From Catajapyx aquilonaris (taxonomy: Eukaryota), in NCBI GenBank assembly GCA_000934665.2, contig JYFJ02003501.1, positions 1 through 40,734 of the forward strand: DNA of 40,734 nucleotides, written 5' to 3'. Positions 27,201-37,838 of this stretch are shown here, one piece after another. A program made the position numbers and the translations under genes. The first letter of the stretch is position 1; each line of letters starts with the position of its first letter. The notes under the pieces are model-generated. The model made no database searches, was not told the DNA's origin, and saw only the letters and a list, made by a program, of their open reading frames with translations.

Positions 27201-30200
27201 AATTCACTTTGCACTTATAAGTGTTAATGTCAATTTTAGTATAGAATGCATGGCCCTGGGGGCTGGTTGTATCAACAAAAATTACGGAGAAAATCAGATT
27301 GTTTTGGATTATGTATTGTGAATACTTCTGCTTAACTAGGGGAGTGAAGCAACATGTCAGATTCTGGGAATCAGTGATTTGCAATCAGGCATTAAAATTT
27401 TAAGGAAGGTCATCAACTTGTGAGCATTTGATAACTTGTTCTCCATGTTACATCTCAATTGCAGTCAAGCCCTGCATCAATGCTGAGAAAAAGTACAGAA
27501 GAAGAAGAAGAAGGAGGGGGAGGAGAAGAAGAGGAGGGGGAGGAGGAGGAGGAGGAGGAGGAGGAGGAAGAAGAAGATGGAAAAGGAGGGCTTGTTGTTG
27601 CAGTAGAAGAAGAAGAAAAGAAAGATGATGAGAAAGATGAAAAACCAGCAAGAAAGGTGGATGAAAAGCGAGAGGAGAAGAGCGCTAAGAAGGAAGAAAG
27701 GGCTAAACGGTTGGAAGAAGATGAAAAGGTGAGTGATAAAGGAACTTGCAAGTTACCCTCTGCCTAGGTCTAGGTGCACATGATTAGTCACCTAATGATT
27801 TTCGCAATAAAATCTCTCTAGCAAACTCGATCAAGGACCAAGGAAGAGAAGGGAAAGCGAGAATCTACAGCTGACAAGAAAGGAAAAGAAAGCAAACCTT
27901 CTACTGCACCAGAGAAGAAGCCCAAGGTTAAAAGGCTGGAGGAGGAAGGTGAAGAGAGTGATATTGTTGAGGAGGAGGAAGGTGATGGAGAGGAGGAGAT
28001 TGGGGATAGTGAAGACCAGGGTCAGCTCAAGAAGCGTGGAGGGAGGAAGAAGAAGGATTTGGATGAAAAGACTCCACCCGATTCTGAAGAGTATGTAACA
28101 AAAAGAAAGTGGCAAGTGATATTGTAAATTATTGCATTTTTCAATAATTGTTATCTGAATACTTTTATGTTGTGTGGGAATCAGCCATAGTCTTTTAAAA
28201 TCCAGTGAAATGGTTGACCATGCAGTAATTTCAAAGTTGACCTTGTTGCCCAAGCAAGTGCCAGGAACAAACTGTGCCATGAAAACAATGTAGACAGGCA
28301 CTTGATAACAGGTCAGTTATGGGCCCATCTTGTAACTTTTGGTGACAAGTTCTGCACAAGGGGCGAACCAAGGTGTATCAAAAGTATTTTATTTAGACTA
28401 CCATGATTGATCACTCAATTAACATTTTTTTCTTGTTTATATAGTGACAGTGTTTCCCAGCTGCCCAAACAAGTGAAAGTACAAATTGGAGACAAGCTGA
28501 AAGTATATTATGGTCCAAAGCACGAGCCCAAGGTCACCTATGAAGCGAAAGTGGTTGATGTGGATGACAGCAACAATAAAGAGATGTTCCTTGTGCACTA
28601 TACTGGATGGAACACACGTTATGACGAGTGGATTAAACGTGGAAGAATAGCTGAGAATCTTAGCTGGAGTCCAATTAAATCCAAGAGAGCTAAGCAGCAG
28701 GATCAGCAAAAATCAAAGGTGAAGATGCCAGCTAGCACTGTCTGAAGTTTTAAGAACATGGGGAAAATTCATTCCTGGAAGGATAGTAGTTCAGGCTGAA
28801 GGAAATCAATGCATATGTTTAATTTTAATTACCCCTGCTAGATGTTAACTGTTTGGGGATATGGAACTGTGACCTTAACACTGTGAGATGCCAATTAAGA
28901 CTATACTGTCACATTATATTTGTCCTGCAGCGTGACAAAACATTACATATTATTTGCAAATTCAGTGAAAACAATTGCACACTTTTCAACAGACATGCAT
29001 CATGAAAGGAGCCTCAACCAGACGTGGTCGCAACCTTTCATCCAGGCAAGAGTCCAGGTCAACCACTCCTTCGCTCAATTGCAGCTCCAATCGCTCGAAG
29101 TCTCTTGGGTTTAATGCCAAGGGTGCCACTCGCTCAATGCGATCTGACAGGAGTAGCTTGGATTCTGCTTATGCTTTTGGCTTGGAGCCTCGTAAAAGGA
29201 AAAGGAAAACTTCTGGTGTCACTGGTGAGGAAGAGCTCTAGTATTCACAGATTCATTTTAATCAGTGACTGATCTGTCTTCTTCACTTTAGGTTCTGGCA
29301 CACGATCAGGTTCAGAGAGTGATGGTTATGATTCTGACAGAGAGCCTGAGAAGAGTCGGTCTGATTCCAAGAGTGGGGAACGTGGTGGGAGAGATGGTCT
29401 TGAAGAAACAACTGGAGAAGAGACAAAGCCATGGAAATTGAGGCGCAAGAAGGAAGTTGAGCGGGAGGTAGAAAGCGATGTGCGGGCAAGCCAAGAGGAA
29501 GCCTCGGAGAAATTGGAAGCAACAGGCATAGAACCAGCACAAGGAGGTACCAGCAGAACAAATGATTCTTTCCAAGGGCTTAAGGGTAGTGACAGTGCAG
29601 AGGGAGAGGGAGAGGATGATCAACCCAAGGGACGAGACTTTGATTTGAATCAGATTCGATTAGAGTTGAAGGGTTTTGAGAAAGTGAAAATCAATTCCCT
29701 TGAGCTGAAGCCATTGGAAGCACGAAGAGCATCAGGCGAAGTGAAACTTGAACCACTCCCTCTGGTAGCAGAAGTTGTCCTTGACGGTGGAAGCAGAGTC
29801 ACTGATCCCATTGAAGACGTGTATGAGTTCAAGGAACCTGAACCCTTGGACCTGCAGCAGCAGCAGCAGCATCATGTGAGGGCAAAAGGCCTGGTCCTTG
29901 GTCGCAAACTGCCCCTGAAACCACCTGAGGTGAAAGAAGAACCACTTGATGACCAGCCGGCAGGGCGCAGAGTTCAAACTGAGAAAGAGTCCTCAGTGCC
30001 CCAGTCATTGCCACAACTTTCACTGCAGCCACAACCCTCAAAGCCACAATCTTCACAGCCGCAACCTTCAAAACCACCAGCTTTGCAGCCACAATCTTCA
30101 AAGCCACCACCTTCAAAGCCACCACCTTCAAAGCCACCACCTTCAAAGCCACCACTTTCACAGCCACCACTTTCACAGCCACCACCTGCAAAACCATCAC

Positions 30201-33200
30201 CCTCAAAGCCACAATCCTCAAAGCCTCAACCTTCACAGCCACCACCTGCAAAGCCACAACTTTCACAGCCACAACCGTCAAAGTCACAACAAACAATGTC
30301 ACAACTTTTACTGAATGCCCACAAGCCTCATAAGTTTAAACTTAAGCGTCCCACAAGGAAGAAATATGAACCAGTTATTGATGCAAAGTCAGCACCATCT
30401 GAAGGCGAGTCCATAAAAGATGTCATTGCTCCAATAACTTCGAGTGCATCAAGAAAGACCAATGTTGCAAGCAGTGAAAGTGCGGTGGCTGCTGGATTTG
30501 ATGTGTCGGCAGCTCAAAACACAAAGGGAGAGTGCCCAGATGCTGGTGCAGTTCAAACAGGTTCAGCCGAGGGAAAACCTAGCACAGAGAGTGCGCCAAC
30601 TCCTGAACCAGAAAAGGATTTGACACCAGAAGTGGCACCATCACAGCCACTTGATAAAGGCAAGCTGGACAGTGCAGCATTTGTTGAAAGCACTGCACAA
30701 CCTGAGCAAGGGAATGTTCCAAGGCTGACTGAGAAGGAGCCTATGGACAAGATCAAGGCACTGGAAGAAATCAAAGTGGAAGAAGTGACAACTTCTCAAA
30801 GTGATGCTGAAACGCTATGGGGTAGTCAAGATTCTATCAATACTGCAGTGCAACAAGCAATTGCTTTGACCATTACCACATGTGAAGAAGAGTGTGAAGA
30901 GGATGGAGAGAAGACCATACTGTCTAAGAAGGAAACTGCTGCTATGAAAAAGAAACGAAAGAAGAAGAAGAGGAAGAAACAGGACAAATTGGTGAAAGAT
31001 TCAGGCACATGGGAAACTGACACAGGCAGTGACTATGAGGAACCCAAAACAGTCGCTGCAGATTCCATGAGCAAGGAGCGAGTTACAAGCAGGCTGGCTG
31101 TACCTTTTGTGGGTTCTTCATTTGAATCAAGGTCACAACGGGAGACCAGAGAGGATGATGCTGATAAGAAGGGCAGAAGACGAAAGAGCGACAAGGCACA
31201 TCCCGAAGGGAGCCCCTCAAAAAGCTTGCGGAAGCGAAGAAGATCTGCTAAAGGAAGCACCTCACCCAAGAAGAGCAAAGAGGTGGAATCTGAATCAGTC
31301 ATTGAGGAAGGGGTGGAGGAAGAGGAAATTGTTGAGGAAGAAGGCATGCAATGTGAAGAAGTTGTAGAACAAGTTGAAGAGGCACAAGTGGTTTTGTGTG
31401 ACACAGAAGAGTTAACTGAAAAGAGGAAAGAAGAGGACCAAATGAGGGAACCAGGTAAGCGCAGGCCAAGTGGGGCGCAGTCCAAGTCGGAGGATGAGAC
31501 AGAAAGTTGCTTTCGTTCCCTGTTGTGTGAGGAGACAATTCCTGGGAGTCCAGTTTCGAATGAACCTACGGCACTACCACCGCCTCCACCACCACCACCA
31601 CCTCCCCCTCCTCCTCCCCCACCACCACCCAATCCTCCCCNCACCACCTTCGCTCCCACCACCCCCGCCACCCCCGCCACCAGTGGCCCACACCACATCT
31701 GAAGCACCTTCAAGGTCTCGCAAAGTGGATGTGATTCCTGTTACTAGTGTTGCTGGAAGCAGCAGTGGTCACCAGGCAGTGTCAAAATCTGTTCCTGTTG
31801 TGGAGGCAGGGTGTTTGCCACGTGTTCCCAAGTCTGAGTCAAATGATGCTGCACCAGTGATGGACAATACCCCACCCACTACACCTGAGAGCAACACCTC
31901 AACTATTTCTGGCTCACCAACTGCGTAAGTCAGATTTGAACTGTCCTTACCCTAACCATGTGTTCTGTAGGTTAAGAGTCAGCTCTGAATTGACCAATTA
32001 TGTGTTTGAAGGGGGACACAGTGGCGTAGTGGTTAGCACCACAGCCTTCCACCTCTAAGGTCCCGAGTTCGATCCCCGTATCGGACAGAGCATACTTCTG
32101 TGGATAGAATTTCAATGGGTTCTCTCTGTGTTCGCATGGGTTTTCTCGGGGTTCTCCCGCTTCCTCCTACAATCAAAATCCATCACGGCGCAGGCAATGA
32201 TTAACCCCTAACTACGTAGGTGGGTGAAACACCTTTAACTACGTAGGTGGAGCCTGAGAGGCTCCAATGGTATATTTAAATTTCTGCTTATCAACTAAAT
32301 TGTTATATTGGACTTTTCATATACAGAAAGTGCAGTTCAGATCATTAGGCTATCGAAAACGTAAAAATCACACGCTGAGTCAGCATATTCCGACAGGGAA
32401 AAATTTTTAATTAAAAGGTTACATCATGTGTTTGAGCCGCTCAGGCTTCACCTAAGATATAGAGCCTAGCGGTTCCAGGAGGGACCTGTTCCTCGTTGCG
32501 AATTTTTTAAAACCAAAGAATAGGGACTAAAAACATGATTCTTTCCTTTTCATGCTTAGGGAGGTTTTTCTGACAAAGTCACGGAAGGACAGGGGAAAAT
32601 AAAATTCAGTGAAAAAGTTACATGCATTTAAATAGTGCTTGGAGCCTCTCAGGCTCCACCTACGTAGTTAAGGGTTAAAGACGATTCATGAAAAGATCAT
32701 CCCCTAAAAGGCCCAAGGAGGCCAATCGTGGGGTTATCCATTATTATTATTATTATTATTATTAAATATTTTTTTAATGGTGTGTTGGAAAGTAGAGGCA
32801 ATTTGGGCCTCATGCAAACTTGCAGAGGAGGTGTACATTTACGTGATGAAAAAAAAAATGAAGTTGGCTGCATTCCTGCATAGCAGTGAAGGCTGTACCT
32901 TACCCAAATCCCATAGTTTACGCGCGCCCCAAAAAAGTGGAGGGGTGGGGTAGAAAACAAAATGTGATGAAAAATCTCCGTTAAGATTATCTGGACTTTA
33001 GAATTGATAATTATGAAGAGTAACAATGGAGCTAGAATGGCACTGAAGTTAAAGTTAATTTGACAGTTAACAACAGAAACAAATATTGTTACACTTTGGA
33101 CAGTGAATTTCGGTGGGGTCTGGTAATAATTGCTGTCACTACATTAATTTGTTACGTAGCAGGACATTAATTTTAATAATGAACCTGAGGGGCCACACAA

Positions 33201-36200
33201 ACCTGAAGACAGCATTAAGATGAATTACAAAAAATCCACCACGGAATTTTAAAATGTTTATCATGGCTTGCAAATGTCGAATTTTCTGTGCATTTTTTAG
33301 TGCAGGGATTTAAAAAGCCATTTCGCATTCATTCAATTGAAATTTTTTATTGTAGCACATTGCACTGAGGTATAAATATACAATGTCATCACATTTTAAT
33401 TTATTAATAAATAACAATGTTAAATGTAGTTCAGCAAAGGGGTAGCAAATTCTGAAAACTTAAACGATATATCGACATTTTTAATTCAGCGACAAATTTT
33501 TTGTAATTAATTTCAATTCTGTCTTTGGGTTTGTGTGGCCCCTCAATTTGTCATTAAAATAAATCTCCTGCTATGTAACAAATTAATGTAGTGACAGCAA
33601 TTATTACCAGACCCCACCGAAATTCACTGTCCAAAGTGTAATCATATTTTTTTCAGTTGTTAACTGTCAAATTAACTTTAACTCTGGTGCCATCTTAGCT
33701 CCATTGTTACTCTTCATCATTATCAATTCTAAAGTCCATGTAATCTTCACTGGGATTTTTTGTCGCATTTTGTTTACTACCCCACCCCTCCACTTTTTGG
33801 GGGCATGCGTAAACTATGGGATTTGGGTAAGGTAGTTGCTGCAGTTACAAAAGGGATGTTTTGTACAGAATAGTTCAACAAGGAAGGTATGCTGTTTACG
33901 TAAATGTCACAGCCTTCCACCTATAAGGTCCCGAGTTCGATCCTCGCGTCGGATGGAGGACACTTATGTGGAAGAGTTTTGATGGGTTCTCACCCTGTTT
34001 GCATGGGTTTTCTTGGGGTTCTCCCATTTCCTCCCACTATCAAAAAACCATCACACGAATGCCGGCGGTAGCTTCGTCTACTGGTAGGGCCACCCAAGCC
34101 GGACAGGTCTTTGGGATAGGAGACAGACTAAGAGAGATGCCAGTCTTTCCTCTCTTCTTTTTCCTCTTCGTTTGTCTCTCCATCCGTCCCACCTTTGCTT
34201 CTTCTTACAGCCAGATAGCCACAGTTGCTTTGGCTTCTTCCAAATAAACCAAACCAAACCAAGCCGAATGCCAGATAGCTGTAGTTGCTTTGGCTCAACC
34301 AACAGACCAACCAAAGTGTACATAAATGTGATTTGGTTGGCTGATTTTCAGTAACTGAAAATGATTAGGTTACTTGTAGCAGTTGGAAGTAACCATTCCA
34401 CTGTCTCAGCCTTTATGGATCTATATTTGTCCAAAAGCAGATTGGGCACATATTTCTGGCTTATAGTTTTAGCCATCTTATATGATCAAAGCTGAGGCCA
34501 AGGGACATTTTTAAATTGTCCACTCACTGAAGACATATTCAAATCTGCCAAATATTATCAGCTAACAATTTTGGTATGCGTTTGGTCCAGCCTGAAGTAC
34601 TCCCCCTGCAAACATTCATCTAGGCCTCAGTAATGGTTACATCACATGGTCACACCTTGATTGCTGCAGAAATGTGTGCCCAAACCTGTAGTTTTGAGAC
34701 CACAGTGCAGGTGTCTAACTCTGACACATACATGGTCTCGTGTTGCAGTCTGAAAAAAATTTATTCAGTCAGCTTGGCTTTTGTGGGCCACAAGGTTTAG
34801 CAGTTGCTTTCATCTGTTACTGCTATACTATTCTATTACTATATACTTCATGGCCTCGATCCCTTTAAGGTTTAAGGGGTGGCCAGCGATAGCCAGATAC
34901 ATCTGGCCCAGCCCCCGGACACTACCCCTACAATCTTATCGCCTGCCGGGGCGTTTTGCATGAGGTGGTCACTTGAGACCTTTCACTGCTATATTATGTG
35001 GCGACCCTACCGGACCGCGCTGAACTTTATAGGTACAAAAGGGAAGCGCTACATTGGGGTGCAACAGGGTCGCCGGCGGCCATGTTGGGCCCTCATGGAG
35101 CGTCTTCCCTAAGTTTAGCGCGTTCTGGTAGGATCGCCACATAATGTAGCTGTGAAAGCTGTCTCATGGCGCTCTCAAGTGAGCACCGGTGCAAAACACC
35201 CCGGCAGGCGAGAAGAGGGAGTGACCAGACCTTAGTATTCTAAGACCATGATCTGGCCATCTCGTTTGACCGATACAATGAACCCTCTGGTGCAGAGAGC
35301 ATAATGGATGAGGTGACGATGAAATGATTACACAACACACACACACACACACACACCCATACAATCACTCAATGTAAAATATTTAAAAAACATCTGATAC
35401 AAGTAACCAAATACACTCATTTACTGTAAATCAGCTAAATAAGCAGAATTTTTTGTAAGCAGCAAACAAGGGTGTAACCACTAAGTGGAACCTGTGTACA
35501 GGGTCCCTCTGGAACTGGCCTGGAACCAGGTGGAACCACCTGGTTCCAAGAACTGCTGTACACTTTTTTGAGGAGTGGTTACCCCCTTGGCAGCAAAGCT
35601 TCCCTATTGGGCGATGTTGTATATTTGCTGTAGCAAAATGAAGCCCAAAACTGGTGGGCAATATGTGGTGATATTGAGTGATAATGCCTTGCTTGGAAAG
35701 GCTGCAGTTCTAGGGGTGTCTAAGATAGCCTGGCTGTGTGAATGGGGTTGTCCCAATGCAGGAAATGGTAAAATACAGGTACTCCTCGTTTTACACTGGG
35801 GATTGGTGCCAGCAAAGTGAAAAGGCGTAAAACGAAGACAATAATTGTAATGTAAGTAAATAATACAATATAATACATGAATACCCTCAGAGTTTCTTTC
35901 TGCATAAATTTTATAAAATGTTTATCTAATAACAGGTTTTGCTAGTTCACATTCCATCAAATTCATTTAAATCTGTCAGCATGATTGTGTGTGTATACAG
36001 GGTGTATCAGAACTCTACCGTAAGCCATATCCTCCTGAGACCTGAGAAGCATTTTTTAACGCAATGTCAGTTCCTATTGCATTTTCTGAACATGTTCCCA
36101 ATAAGAAACGAGAAAAAATTTTTAGTTTTAAAATATCGACAAAAATGGCGACAAACAACCAATGAGAACGTTAGGACCCAATTGGTGCTACAAAAGCAGA

Positions 36201-37778
36201 ACGGATGAAAGCTGAAAATTGAAATACCACTTAATGGATCACTAACATAGTGCTCTATCCTCCAAACAATGTTTTTAAAATTCATTTGTGGAATTTGTGG
36301 TAGAAATTCCTCTCAGAAGACAATTAAAGATAAATGAAATTATTTTTTAACGCCACCACTCCAGGCATGGGGCTTGCTCCTTCCCTTCTTACCCGCTAGA
36401 GTGGTACTTTGCTATTCTAGATTTTAAAACTGAAGTGCACAGTGCAAATCCCACTTCCTTATGGGTGTATAGGTACAGGCACGTAAAGAAATGTCACACC
36501 CATTCAGCTAAAAATGCCATTTTTCGGATGTCCATTTAAATGGGCATTTGGTCTCAGGAAGAAAAGAAAATTACCAGTTCTCTACAGCAACAAAGATTGT
36601 CACAGAATCATCTTTTCGCAGTTCCTAAGACACATTCCTTGCTAATCCCAGGACATTCACTGCATTGCGAAAATCGCATTCTAAATATGATTAAAAAAAT
36701 AAAACTGATCAGATGAGCGCCTAGCTTCAGCAGCGGAATCCGCCATTTTGTCCGCGATTTAATTTTCGCGGCCCAAGCCAGATATTCGACGCTAGGTGGC
36801 TACAGCTATTGAGGCCAGATTGTAACCATGGGATACCAGCATATTACAGTTCTGTTGGCATCACTGGTTGGCGCCAAAAAAATCTTTTGCTGATGTCGAC
36901 ATATGTCGACACCAGGTCCCAGGAGGATATGCCAATGGCTTAATGGGCACCAGGGGATCAATTAATGTAGAGGAGTCATTATGTCTGGGCAGCCTAATTA
37001 CTGAGATAATTGATCATTTGCGATTTAGCAATTGGGCCTAAGAGTGATTGTCACAGATTGTCACAAATTGTCACAGATCACATGCGACATGCAGGACACA
37101 TGCGACATGCTAGTAGCTAAATGGAAAAGCTGCTATTTTCACGAGTGATGCGATGTCGGGGCTGAAGGTTTCCATACCTCCCAGGATACTTTGTACTACG
37201 TGTTTGAAGGCAATTATCTCCGTAATGAGGCTACCTAGACATGATGACCCCTCTACATATAATGATGCTCTGGTGCCCCTTATGCCATTTGCACATAGCT
37301 TACGGTAGAGTTCTGATACACCCTGTATTTAAATGCACAAAATGTGCTGCCTGAAAGACAGTAATGGCCACCCTTACAAATGCTAATGGCCAGGTGCCAA
37401 GATAGTGATGGTCATGGCAGCAAAACAATAGGATATCTACAGTAGGGACCTGAGGACAGCAGGGACCATTGGTATTAGGACCGTAGGCGTAACTAACAGG
37501 AGATAAATCCACACGAAAGCATGCAGGTTGTAGAAACTGGCCATCACTGTATGGTTTATCCTACATGAGCAGCAGGTCTGTTTGTGAGGTGCCATTACTG
37601 CTCTTGCAATGACCTCAGTGGACCGATTTTCGACCTAGTTCAAGCCAAGGGTTCCAGGTGTCACAACATGGTCACTTTTTCATGGTATGGCATTTACACT
37701 GCTTATTTCTTAAAGAACCAAGACGCAGTGGGCCATCACTGTACGGTTTACCCTACAAGTTTTTTGTGTGTGTGTGTG

Positions 37779-37838
<60 letters not shown>

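Larger units (their letters stand above)
25447..27212. mobile_element. Long-TIR foldback element, outer copy (interrupted at 25560)
   Basis: 25447-25560 plus 26700-27212 rejoin into a palindromic element colinear with 25843-26510; the right tip is truncated. Confidence 0.8.

Noticed and set aside
30026..30310. Repeat array as CRISPR-like
   Set aside because: Contiguous in-frame 15-nt units with no spacers, in a eukaryotic exon.
31641..31702. Programmed ribosomal frameshift in ARID4
   Set aside because: The frame change coincides with an N, so assembly error is the simpler explanation.
27428..31713. Alternative-frame and antisense ORFs (poly-R/G, poly-S, VVALK and SHHLQ repeats)
   Set aside because: Shadows of low-complexity ARID4 coding sequence.
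32011..32086. tRNA gene
   Set aside because: A and B boxes are present but the acceptor and anticodon stems do not pair, and it continues into a repeated body with a (TTA)n tail, so it is a SINE head. The same applies at 14848 and 12685.
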